A DNA stretch of 64,000 nt from Gemmatimonadales bacterium (GTDB lineage: Bacteria > Gemmatimonadota > Gemmatimonadetes > Gemmatimonadales > GWC2-71-9). The stretch spans positions 194,679 through 258,678 of the forward strand of contig DATLKF010000010.1 in NCBI GenBank assembly GCA_035538515.1, given 5' to 3'. Under the pieces are notes generated by a model. The model ran no database searches, was not told the origin of the DNA, and saw only the letters and a list, made by a program, of their open reading frames with translations. This document shows positions 28,170 to 37,205 of the stretch, in pieces (position 1 is the first letter of the stretch; every line of letters starts with the position of its first letter). Both the position numbers and the translations under genes were made by a program.

Positions 28170-29590
28170 GCGCGTTTCCTGCGCCGGCTCGAGATCCCCT
28201 CGCCGCGGTCCGCGGCGAGCAGGGGTTTCCCGCCGACCCGGACTTTCCGCAACTCGAGATCGCGAGCGATCCCGCGCGCATGCTGGAGGTATTCCGCGCC
28301 CACCTCGAGCCGGTCGCGGGGCACGCTTACCACGTCGACTCCTGCGTGCCGGTCCGCTTCCGGTGCCGGCAGTCCACCACGCGCTGCGTCCTACAGTACT
28401 CGCTCCGCGTAGTCGACCGCAGCACGGAACGCGCATTCAACCAGTCGGTCACGGGCGTGGTGTACTCGCGGCGGGGGGAGGCCGAGCGACTGTGGCGGGA
28501 GCTGGGCACGACGCATCCCAGACGTTCGATTTCCGATTGCTGGCTCACCTTCGAGCCGCTCGCCTACGTCCCCGAGCTCGAGATGCTAGTGCAGGTATTT
28601 CCCTATGATCGGCAGCTCCACGGCCTCGGCCAGGTGCTCGCGGGCGAGGGCCGGGAGTTCGCGCCGCTGCTGCAGGCGTCGGCCGGTGCGGGTGATTGGC
28701 GTCCCGGTGCCGGGCGCCTCGACCTCCTGCGGTATCGCGCAGAGATCGGGGCCGCGCTGCGGTACACGCTCGAGCTGCGGGAGGTGCGGTCGGGACGCAC
28801 GGAAACCCGTCGCTGCTACGTGAAGGTGTGCCGCCCCGGGCGTGGCGCGGCGACCTTCCAATTGATGACGTCGCTGTGCGCTGCGCAGGGCGGGGCGACG
28901 TCAGCGTACGCTGTCGTCCGGCCGCTCGCGCATCTCGATGCGCTCGACACGCTCGTCGTGGAGGAGGCGCCCGGCACGGCGCTGCTCGAGCTATTGCGAG
29001 GGCGCGACGATCCGACGCGAGCAGTGCAGGCGGCCGCTCGCGCCCTCGCCGCGTTCAATCTGGACTGCAGCGTGCGCGGACCGCGCGATTTCCTGGCGGA
29101 GCAGATCGACGATATCGAGCGGGGCGCCTCGCTGCTCGCGTGGGCGTGCCCGGAGGTGAGCGGGGATCTCCGGGCGATCGCAGCCACGGTTGTCGCCGAT
29201 TTGACGGACGCGCCGCCGGCGTCGATCCACGGCGACGCGAAGGCCGACCACCTCTTCGTTGCGGGCGATCGGGTGACCTTCATCGATTTCGACCGACTCG
29301 CGGTGGGCGACCCGGTCCGCGACCCCGCCCGTCTCTGCGCATACCTGACGGGTCGCGTCGGACTCGATGCGGTGCCGGCGGAGCGGGCGCAAGCGGCCAC
29401 CGCGGTGTTCGTGGACGAGTACTTCGCTCACGTGCCGGCCGAGTGGCGCGAGCGTTTTTCGCTGCAATACGCGGCGGCGTTGTTGGACGTGGCGAGCGGA
29501 CTGTTCCGCAGCCAGGAGGCCGGATGGCGGGGCAAGGTGAGCGCCGCCGTCGCGGAAGCATGCGGCGCCCTGTCACCACGATGGACATGA
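28166..29590 (+). CDS. APH/protein-kinase-like fold phosphotransferase paralog K4 with N-terminal extension
   Basis: 474 aa. Motifs CYVKVC, LVVEEAPG, IHGDAKADHLFV, FIDFD, GDPVRDPA. About 130 extra N-terminal residues resemble a second, Lys-less N-lobe (RFRCRQSTTRCVLQYSL..VTGVVYSRRG). The ATG overlaps the K3 stop (ATGA). Confidence 0.7.
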   Translation: MSAFPAPARDPLAAVRGEQGFPADPDFPQLEIASDPARMLEVFRAHLEPVAGHAYHVDSCVPVRFRCRQSTTRCVLQYSLRVVDRSTERAFNQSVTGVVYSRRGEAERLWRELGTTHPRRSISDCWLTFEPLAYVPELEMLVQVFPYDRQLHGLGQVLAGEGREFAPLLQASAGAGDWRPGAGRLDLLRYRAEIGAALRYTLELREVRSGRTETRRCYVKVCRPGRGAATFQLMTSLCAAQGGATSAYAVVRPLAHLDALDTLVVEEAPGTALLELLRGRDDPTRAVQAAARALAAFNLDCSVRGPRDFLAEQIDDIERGASLLAWACPEVSGDLRAIAATVVADLTDAPPASIHGDAKADHLFVAGDRVTFIDFDRLAVGDPVRDPARLCAYLTGRVGLDAVPAERAQAATAVFVDEYFAHVPAEWRERFSLQYAAALLDVASGLFRSQEAGWRGKVSAAVAEACGALSPRWT

Positions 29591-29701
29591 GGAGCGCCGC
29601 ACACTATCGAAGGCGACGATCCTCCTCTCCCGCGGCGCCAAAGCTTCCTCCCTTGCGCTTGTTGGCAGACGGCCCGCAGCTTACGCAGCTGGAAGCTCGT
29701 C

Positions 29702-30493
29702 ATGAAACCCATTCTAGTTGGGATGTCTGCCCTAGCCTTGGTGCTGGTCACGGTGGATGCGGCGGCGGCATTGGGGCAAGACCGGACCCGCATGCTCAAG
29801 GGGACGGTGCTGGACTCGGCAGAACACAAGCCGGTTTCCCAAGCGGCGGTTTACATCGGTCGCACCACGATGGGGCAACGCACCGGCAATGATGGGACGT
29901 TTCGCGTGTCGGCGACGGTGGGCCCGCATGCGCTGATCGTACGCCGGCCGGGGTACATTCCCCTTCTCATCACCATCCCCGCCGATACTGTGGCGCCTGA
30001 GACGGACCTCGGTTCGCTGAGTCTTCATCAAGTCAAGACGGATGCCGACCAGGCGGCGGTTCAAGAAGCCGACATGCGGATGTATCCGGAGCTCGTGCAG
30101 TTCTACGATCGTAAGGCGCAGTATCACCAGGGCCTGTTCCTGACGCCGGATGACTTGCAGCGCGTCGGCGGAAGCCTGTTCGCTCTCATCCGCCAGAAAC
30201 CCAACTTTCACTTCATCTGTTTCGTGACACGGCGGGGTGATGTGGACTGCGGGCAGCAGCTCAATCGCGGTCCTACGTCGATTATGCGCGGCAACCCCCG
30301 AAGCGCCGAGCAAGAGCGCTGCCTGCTGGTGGTCTGGACGAATGCCATCGGACCGCGAAGGACGTTGGACGAGTTTCAGATGGACGATGTCTTGGCGGTC
30401 GAAGCATACCCGAGTCCTGGCGTCACGCCGCCGGAGTTCGCGGGAAGCCCGTGCGCGTCGATCATGCTGTGGATGAAGCAAACGGGTTCGTGA
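29702..30493 (+). CDS. Secreted CarboxypepD_reg-like domain protein
   Basis: Signal peptide followed by LKGTVLDS..PVSQAAVYI..TGNDGTFRV (carboxypeptidase-regulatory-like fold). The C-terminal domain is unassigned. Confidence 0.5.
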   Translation: MKPILVGMSALALVLVTVDAAAALGQDRTRMLKGTVLDSAEHKPVSQAAVYIGRTTMGQRTGNDGTFRVSATVGPHALIVRRPGYIPLLITIPADTVAPETDLGSLSLHQVKTDADQAAVQEADMRMYPELVQFYDRKAQYHQGLFLTPDDLQRVGGSLFALIRQKPNFHFICFVTRRGDVDCGQQLNRGPTSIMRGNPRSAEQERCLLVVWTNAIGPRRTLDEFQMDDVLAVEAYPSPGVTPPEFAGSPCASIMLWMKQTGS

Positions 30494-31305
30494 ACGCACC
30501 CATCATCCGCGTCCAGCACGTCGTCAAGTCGTTCGGCAATGTCATGGCGGTCAACGATGTCACCTTCGACATCGGACCCGGGGAGATCTTCGCGTTTCTG
30601 GGGCCGAACGGCGCGGGCAAGACCACGACCATCAAGATGCTCACCACGCTGCTCCGTCCGACGAGCGGGTCGCTTTTGCTCGACGGACTCGACCCGACCA
30701 CGCATCAGACGGATGTGCGCAAGCGCTTCGGCGTCGTGTTCCAGGACCCTAGTCTCGAAGGCGAGCTGACGGCGTGGGAGAACATGGAGCTCCACGGCGT
30801 GCTGTACCACGTGCCGCGGCACGTCCGGCGGGACCGGACGGAAGGTCTGTTACGCATGTTCGAGCTGTGGGAGCGACGCGACGATCTGGTAAAGACGTTC
30901 TCCGGGGGCATGAAGCGCCGCCTTGAGATCGCCCGCGGCCTGCTGCACACGCCCAAGGTCCTGTTTCTCGACGAGCCGACGCTCGGCCTCGATCCCCAGA
31001 GCCGCAATCAGATGTGGACCCACGTGCGGAACCTCAGGACCAGCGAAGGCGTGACGGTGTTCCTCACCACGCACTACATGGACGAAGCGGAGCGCGCCGC
31101 AGACCGTATCGCCATCATCGATCACGGACGCCTCGTCGCCACGGGCTCATCCGCCGAGCTGAAGCAGCAAACGGGGGCCGATTCGCTCGAAGGAGCGTTC
31201 CTCAAGCTCACCGGCACCACCATCCGGGACGAGAGCGCCACCGCCACGGACCAGTTGCGGCAATTCGCCCGCGCGTGGGGCGGGGGCGGGGGCGGGAGGC
31301 GCTGA
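30490..31305 (+). CDS. ABC-2 type transporter ATP-binding protein (DrrA-like)
   Basis: Walker A GPNGAGKTT, signature FSGGMKRRL, Walker B LFLDEPTLGLD. GTG 30490 overlaps the upstream stop; the ORF track opens at 30451. Confidence 0.9.
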   Translation: MNAPIIRVQHVVKSFGNVMAVNDVTFDIGPGEIFAFLGPNGAGKTTTIKMLTTLLRPTSGSLLLDGLDPTTHQTDVRKRFGVVFQDPSLEGELTAWENMELHGVLYHVPRHVRRDRTEGLLRMFELWERRDDLVKTFSGGMKRRLEIARGLLHTPKVLFLDEPTLGLDPQSRNQMWTHVRNLRTSEGVTVFLTTHYMDEAERAADRIAIIDHGRLVATGSSAELKQQTGADSLEGAFLKLTGTTIRDESATATDQLRQFARAWGGGGGGRR

Positions 31306-31309
31306 ACGC

Positions 31310-32056
31310 ATGAGCGTGATCTTCATTCTGTGGCTGCGAGAACTGAGGAAGTATCTACGCTCGCGCGTGCAGATCGTCTCCTCGCTCGGCGCCCCGCTCA
31401 TGTACCTGGGTGTGCTCGGCTTCGGCCTCGGCCCGGTGTTCAAACGCGCGGGCGAAGGCAGCTACCTCCAGTTCATGGCGCCCGGCGTCATCGGGATGAC
31501 GGTGCTGTTCACCGCCATGTTCTCTGGCATCGCGATGTTGTGGGATCGCCAGTTCGGTTTCCTGAAAGAGACCCTGGTGGCTCCCGTACCGCGCCTTGCG
31601 ATCATGATCGGGCGCACGCTGGGCGGAGCGACGGTCGCGGTGCTGCAGGGCGTATTGATTTTCGGCGTGACGCTCATCGCGGGCTTCCGTCCGGTCAGCG
31701 TGCTCGCCGTCCCCCTCGCGTTCCTCGTGATCGGGCTGATCGCCGTGGTATTTGCGGCGCTCGCCACCGCGATCGGCTCGACCCTCAAGGAAATGCAGGC
31801 CTTCCAGCTGGTGATGAACTTCCTCGTTATGCCGATCTGGTTCCTCTCCGGCTCCATCTATCCGCTGAACGGGCTTCCCCGGGCGCTCGCGGCGCTGACG
31901 CGGGTCGATCCGCTCACCTACGGCGTAGATGGCGTCCGCGGCATCTTGATCGGGAACGCGTTCTTCGGCGTCGCATTCGACGTCGCAGTGCTGCTCGCGG
32001 TCGGCGTCGTGTTCGTGGTGGCCGGCGCGTGGCGGTTCTCGAAAATCGAGGCCTAG
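31310..32056 (+). CDS. ABC-2 type transporter permease
   Basis: 248-aa six-TM protein starting 5 nt after the ATPase gene. Typical ABC-2 membrane-protein pattern. Confidence 0.85.
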   Translation: MSVIFILWLRELRKYLRSRVQIVSSLGAPLMYLGVLGFGLGPVFKRAGEGSYLQFMAPGVIGMTVLFTAMFSGIAMLWDRQFGFLKETLVAPVPRLAIMIGRTLGGATVAVLQGVLIFGVTLIAGFRPVSVLAVPLAFLVIGLIAVVFAALATAIGSTLKEMQAFQLVMNFLVMPIWFLSGSIYPLNGLPRALAALTRVDPLTYGVDGVRGILIGNAFFGVAFDVAVLLAVGVVFVVAGAWRFSKIEA

Positions 32057-32057
32057 C

Positions 32058-32094
32058 GCGCCCGAGCGTCCCACCCCAGCCCCACGCGACTTGG
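32058..32094. repeat. 37-nt repeat copy (GCGCCCGAGCGTCCCACCCCAGCCCCACGCGACTTGG)
   Basis: Matches the reverse complement of 48213-48249 at 36 of 37 positions by manual alignment. A more diverged copy lies at about 48350-48385. Confidence 0.85.
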
Positions 32095-32224
32095 ACCGAG
32101 CCACCGATGGCGGCTCCACTCCGCGACGGCTGCGCACGTAAGCATCTGAGGCGGCGCCGCAACACTTGCGCTGCCTCTTCCCATTTCGCAATGCTGCCTT
32201 CGAGAGGCGCTGAAGACGCCGGCG

Positions 32225-35056
32225 ATGAGACACTATCCAGCTATTCTGGTCGTCGAGGGCAACGATGCCCTGCGCGCCGCCATCACACGGCACCTGATGG
32301 CGCGGGGCGACCGGGTGACGGCCGCCGCGAACGGGTTGCAGGCGCTCAGGGCGATCCGGCGGAGCTCGTTCGACGCAGTGATCATCGACCTGCACGTGCC
32401 CGAGCGGGGGGGGATCTGGCTGCGGGAGAGCGCGCTGAAGATCCGCCCGTCGCTGCGAGGGCGGTTCGTGGTTTTGAGCGCGGATCCGTTGCCAGCGCCT
32501 CGGAACATGTCGGTCTTCGTCGACTCGGAGCACTTGGTCCTCAAGCCGTTCTCGCTCGCGACGCTGTCGAATCAGCTAGATGAGATCCTCGAGTCCCGAG
32601 GGGGGGCCCGGGGAGGCAGGGCCACAGCGGGGAGCGGGGGGAGATCGGCGACGGGAGTCCCCTGGCACGAGGTGCTCGCACGCACGAGCCGGGCGCTGGG
32701 CGGACGCGAGGTGGTGGTGTGGGAAGCCGACGGGCGTGAGCGGGGGAGGCTCCACCCCCTGGCTACGAGCTCCGGCCGCCCGCCGGCGCTCGCCGCCGGG
32801 CGTGCGCTCGCGGCGCGACTGCGGCGCTGGAACATCGAGCCCCGTCCTGGGGAGCGCTGGCTTGCCACGCGGGTCGCGGCGAGCCGCTGGTATGTGGCGC
32901 GGGTGCGCGCCGACCTCCCCGCGCCGCCGCCCGCCGGCGCCGCGCAGCGCGCTCAAGCGCGGCTCACGCTCGAGCTCGCCGGGCTGTGCATCGGCCGCGA
33001 GCCGGCGGCACCTTCCGACCCGGAGCAGCTCGGACTGATCGTGGCGCAGGTGCCGGGAATCCTCTGGACCACGGATCCCGCGTTGTGCGTCACCTCGCGC
33101 ACGGGCACGGGGCTTGGCTCGCTCGACGTGCTGCCGGAGCGCATCGTGGGGGCGTCGCTCGTCGAGCAGTTCCAACGGGGCGCGGTGGGGTTCGAGTCGC
33201 TCGACGCGCACCGGCGCGCGCTCCAGGGCGAGTCGGTCTCCTACGTGATTCGTGCCGGATCACGCTATTACGACGCGCACGTCGATCCGTTGCGCGATCC
33301 CGCGGGCAGCATCGTGGGCGTGATCGGGGTCGCGCGCGACGTGACCGACCGCGAGCGCGCGCTCGAGGCCGCGCGGCGAGCCGAGGAGGAGCTCCAGGAC
33401 TTCTTCTACAATGCCCCCGTGGCGATTCACTGGACCGCGCCGGACGGCACGATCTTGCGCGCCAACGATGCGGCGCTCGAGCTGCTGGGCTACGGCGACG
33501 GGGAATTCGTAGGCAAGAACATCGCGGAGTTTCACACCGATCCGGCCGTGGCCGAAGAAGTGCTGCGCCGGGTGGCGACGGGCGAGGACATCCACAACCT
33601 GGAGGCGCGCTTCACGCACAAGGACGGATCGCTGCGCCACGTCTTGGTCGCCGCGAACGGACGATTGGAAGACCAGCGACTCGTGAACGTGCGGGTCATC
33701 ATGCGCGACATCACGGAGCGCAAGACCGTTGAGGAGCGCCTGGCACACGGGGCGCTCCACGACGCCCTCACCGACCTGCCGAACCGCGCCTTCTTCACCG
33801 AGCGACTGGCCCTGGCGGTGGCCCGGGCGCATCGCGACCCGGATTATCGCTTCGCAGTCCTGTTTCTCGATTTCGACCACTTCAAGGTGGTGAACGACAG
33901 CCTCGGGCACATGGCGGGAGATCGCCTGCTGACGGAAATCGCGACACGGTTGCGGGCTTCGATGCGTCCGGGCGACCTCGTGGCGCGGCTGGGCGGCGAC
34001 GAGTTCACGGTGCTGCTCGACGACGTCGTGAGCGCCGCGGCGGTCGAACGCGCGGCGCGGCGCCTGCAGAGCCGGCTGGAGGGGAGGTACATGATCGACG
34101 ACCGGCCGTTGCATGCGAGCGCGAGCATCGGCGTGGTGCTCAACGAGGCCGCGTACGAGACGCCCGACGAGGTGCTGCGGGACGCGGATATCGCCATGTA
34201 CCAGGCGAAGGCGGCCGGCCGGGCGCGCGTCCAGATGTTCGATGTCACGATGCGCGAGTCGGCGCAGGCGCGCTTCGGTCTGGAGGCGGACCTGCGCCGG
34301 GCGCTCGAGCGGGCGGAGTTCGGACTCGTCTTCCAACCCATCGTGGAGCTCGCCACGGGGCGTGTGCATGCCTGCGAAGCCCTGCTGCGCTGGCATCACC
34401 CGGAGCGCGGCACCATGCGGCCGCTGCAGTTCATCCCGCTGGCCGAGCAGCTCGGCCTCATCACGCCGATCGGCCGCTGGGTGCTCCAGGAGGCGTGCCG
34501 CCAGGCGCGCCGCTGGCAGGATGCCGTCCCCGACATCCCCGTCCGGATCACGGTCAACGTGTCCGGGAAGCAGTTGGAGCAACCCGAACTCGTTGCCGAC
34601 GTGCGGGACGCGGTGCGGGACGCGGGAATCGAGCCTCGGGCGCTCGGCCTCGAGATTACGGAGAGTGTGCTGATCGACCGCGACGATCCGACCAAGGCAA
34701 TCCTCGACGAGCTGCGGAGCCTCGACGTGGAGCTCCACATGGACGACTTCGGCACCGGCTATGCGTCGCTCAGCTCCCTGCCGCGCGTGTCGGTCGACTG
34801 GATCAAGGTTGATCGCTCCTTCGTCCATCGGATGGGCGGGCGCCGCACTGATCTGGAGATCGTCCGCTCGATCGTGGACCTGTCGAAGAACCTCGGCCTG
34901 GGCGTGATCGCCGAAGGTGTGGAAACGGCGGCCCAGCGGGAGCGCCTCATGGCCTTCGGGTGCGAGCTGGGGCAGGGGTTCCGTTTTGCGGGGCCCCTCG
35001 ACCCGGATGACGTGCCGGGGGTGCTCGCGGCCGCCGGCGCCGCGCGGGAGCACTAA
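32225..35056 (+). CDS. Response-regulator receiver + PAS + GGDEF + EAL cyclic-di-GMP signalling protein
   Basis: REC domain (ILVVEGND...DAVIIDLHVP), PAS region, RLGGDEFTVLL (GGDEF) and EALLRW...DDFGTGYASL (EAL). Confidence 0.92.
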   Translation: MRHYPAILVVEGNDALRAAITRHLMARGDRVTAAANGLQALRAIRRSSFDAVIIDLHVPERGGIWLRESALKIRPSLRGRFVVLSADPLPAPRNMSVFVDSEHLVLKPFSLATLSNQLDEILESRGGARGGRATAGSGGRSATGVPWHEVLARTSRALGGREVVVWEADGRERGRLHPLATSSGRPPALAAGRALAARLRRWNIEPRPGERWLATRVAASRWYVARVRADLPAPPPAGAAQRAQARLTLELAGLCIGREPAAPSDPEQLGLIVAQVPGILWTTDPALCVTSRTGTGLGSLDVLPERIVGASLVEQFQRGAVGFESLDAHRRALQGESVSYVIRAGSRYYDAHVDPLRDPAGSIVGVIGVARDVTDRERALEAARRAEEELQDFFYNAPVAIHWTAPDGTILRANDAALELLGYGDGEFVGKNIAEFHTDPAVAEEVLRRVATGEDIHNLEARFTHKDGSLRHVLVAANGRLEDQRLVNVRVIMRDITERKTVEERLAHGALHDALTDLPNRAFFTERLALAVARAHRDPDYRFAVLFLDFDHFKVVNDSLGHMAGDRLLTEIATRLRASMRPGDLVARLGGDEFTVLLDDVVSAAAVERAARRLQSRLEGRYMIDDRPLHASASIGVVLNEAAYETPDEVLRDADIAMYQAKAAGRARVQMFDVTMRESAQARFGLEADLRRALERAEFGLVFQPIVELATGRVHACEALLRWHHPERGTMRPLQFIPLAEQLGLITPIGRWVLQEACRQARRWQDAVPDIPVRITVNVSGKQLEQPELVADVRDAVRDAGIEPRALGLEITESVLIDRDDPTKAILDELRSLDVELHMDDFGTGYASLSSLPRVSVDWIKVDRSFVHRMGGRRTDLEIVRSIVDLSKNLGLGVIAEGVETAAQRERLMAFGCELGQGFRFAGPLDPDDVPGVLAAAGAAREH

Positions 35057-35087
35057 CCGGCGCTGCCCCTGCTCCTGAGCCAGGGCC

Positions 35088-35981
35088 TTACTGCGGCGTC
35101 TCCAGCGGATGTTTGCTCCGCTCGTAGAACTCGTTTTGCAAGCGCAGGCTCTCCTGATCAGCCTTGGCCGCACGGATCGCCTGCACGATCCCGTTGATCC
35201 ACGTCTTGGCCTCGTACTCGCCCAGCTCGCGGGTGGCCGCCGCACCTTCGCCGGCATAATGATTCGGGAAACGCGCGTACCACCAGATGCCCGTGTACAT
35301 GCCCTCCGGCAGCTTCAAGCGCGCCTGGTCGGCGCCCGACTCCTGCGGCGCGCGATCCAGGTGTACCAGGTCGGGGCGGGCGATCATGCTCATCGAGGTC
35401 TCGCTCTCGCCGGCGTGCATGTCGGTCGCCGGGTTCGTCTTGTGCTTCGGTTCGCCCGGGCCGCCGCGCATGATGCCCAGCACGTACACGACGTAGTCGT
35501 GCGGTGTGTCGAGCTGCGTCTGCGCGAAGAATGGCAGCAGGCTGTTGTTGCCGCCGTGACCGTTCACGATGATGATCTTCTTGCAGCCATTCCGGGCCAT
35601 CTCGTCGGTCGTCTCCTGCAGTAATTCGAGCTGCAGGCGCCGGCTGTAGGCCACCGTCCCCGGTTGATGCTTCGCCTCGAAAATTTGCCCGAAATAGTAC
35701 TCCGGAAAGACGATCGCGTATTCCTGCTGGGCGGCATTGAGCGCCACGTACCGCACGTTGAGCAGATCGTTCCCCAACGGCAGGTGCGCCCCGTGCTTCT
35801 CCATGATGCCGAATGGGAGCAAGCAGGTGCCCTGCGCGCGGGCGATGCCGTCCTTGAAGTCGGCGGCGGTCAGCTCCTCCCAATGCACCGAGAGTTTGCT
35901 TTGTTGCTGAGCGGCCGGTGACTGCGCCCACACCAGTGAGGCGCACAGCGCGTTGAGGGAAACCAGCAATGACTTGTGCAA
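35088..35981 (-). CDS. Creatininase-family amidohydrolase with signal peptide
   Basis: Motifs VNGHGGN and DMHAGESETS. TTG start at 35981 after GGAGGA. N-terminus HKSLLVSLNALCASLVWAQS. The upstream 413 codons of the 710-aa ORF are rejected. Confidence 0.8.
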   Translation of the reverse strand: MHKSLLVSLNALCASLVWAQSPAAQQQSKLSVHWEELTAADFKDGIARAQGTCLLPFGIMEKHGAHLPLGNDLLNVRYVALNAAQQEYAIVFPEYYFGQIFEAKHQPGTVAYSRRLQLELLQETTDEMARNGCKKIIIVNGHGGNNSLLPFFAQTQLDTPHDYVVYVLGIMRGGPGEPKHKTNPATDMHAGESETSMSMIARPDLVHLDRAPQESGADQARLKLPEGMYTGIWWYARFPNHYAGEGAAATRELGEYEAKTWINGIVQAIRAAKADQESLRLQNEFYERSKHPLETPQ

Positions 35982-36031
35982 GTGTCCTCCTCGAGTAGCG
36001 GGGAAGATCGTCGGAACCAACACCAGAGCGC

Positions 36032-37180
36032 TCAGCGGGCCGCTCCCCGTCCGCGCAGCACGCCGTGGCGCTCGAGAATGGCCGTCACCTCGTTCAGGGG
36101 GAGCGCTTCCACTGTATGGCCGTTGCTCGACACCGTCGTGGCCATGAACAACGAGTTGTAGATCGCCTCCTCGGTGGCCTCCACGGCTGCGGGAAACAAC
36201 GCAGACACGGTATCGTTGCTGAGCTCGGTGAGGGTGAGACGGCTTCCGTCGCTGGGGCGTCGTACCGCTGAGTTCGTGGAAAACGCGATTACATAGTCTC
36301 CCGAGCCGTTCGCTGCGAAGGATCCGGTACGACCGAGCCCGAGGATCGCCCGGAGGGCGAGCCGCCGGAGGTTGCGGTCGGAGAGCGGCGCATCCGTGGC
36401 CACAACGATCATGATCGATCCACGCTCCCGGCCCGGCTCCGCCGCGCCCCGGACGCCCACGCGCCCGAGCTCTCGGCCCACAGGGACGCCGAGGATGTGG
36501 AGATCCCCGCCGAAGTTCGACTGCACGAGCACGCCGACCGTCCAGCCACCTTGGGAGTCCGGCAGGACTCGCGACGCGGTCCCGATGCCGCCCTTCCAGC
36601 CGAAGGCGATCGTGCCCGCGCCGGCGCCCACTGCGCCTTCCGGAACCGCCCCCGTGTCGGCGCCGAGGACGGCCTGCCGGACATCGCGCTCCGTGATCGG
36701 GCGAGACCGGATGGCATTGAGATATCCGTCGTTGGTCTCGCCCACGACCGGGTTGATCGAACGCACGTGCTCCATGCGGGGCAGGGCCAGCAGCAAACTC
36801 ACGAGGGCGTCGGCCGTCTTCCAAACACACAGCGTGCACGTGAGCAGAATGGGTGTCTCGAGTTCCCCCAGCTCCGCGACCTGGGTTACGCCGAGCAGCT
36901 TCCCAAAACCGTTCCCCACCTGGATCGCGGCCGGCACACGGTCGAGAAAAAGGTTCCCGCCGTGCGGCAAGATCGCCGTGATACCCGTGCGAATGGAGTC
37001 CCCCGCGACCACCGTGGCGTGCCCAACGCGCACGCCGCGCACGTCGGTGATGGCGTCGTGCCCTCCGGCGGGGAGGGTCCCGGGAACGATCCCGAGGTCC
37101 CGCGCCCGCATACGCGACTGGCCCGTGAGAGGGGAGGTCGCGACGAGGAGCGTGACGCATATCTTTCGAGTTACCTTCAT
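36032..37180 (-). CDS. DmpA/P1 (S58) family aminopeptidase
   Basis: Motifs ITDVRGVRVGHATV and GWKGGIGTAS. Probable start MKVTRKI at 37180; the ORF opens at 37255. Confidence 0.82.
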   Translation of the reverse strand: MKVTRKICVTLLVATSPLTGQSRMRARDLGIVPGTLPAGGHDAITDVRGVRVGHATVVAGDSIRTGITAILPHGGNLFLDRVPAAIQVGNGFGKLLGVTQVAELGELETPILLTCTLCVWKTADALVSLLLALPRMEHVRSINPVVGETNDGYLNAIRSRPITERDVRQAVLGADTGAVPEGAVGAGAGTIAFGWKGGIGTASRVLPDSQGGWTVGVLVQSNFGGDLHILGVPVGRELGRVGVRGAAEPGRERGSIMIVVATDAPLSDRNLRRLALRAILGLGRTGSFAANGSGDYVIAFSTNSAVRRPSDGSRLTLTELSNDTVSALFPAAVEATEEAIYNSLFMATTVSSNGHTVEALPLNEVTAILERHGVLRGRGAAR

Positions 37181-37205
37181 CGCCACTCCGTCCGAGAGCA
37201 CGCTC

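Noticed and set aside
36372-37205. N-terminal 278 codons of the 758-aa ORF 36372..38648 (+).
   Set aside because: This is the shadow of the opposite-strand DmpA gene. GH30 homology and a signal peptide begin at ATG 37206.
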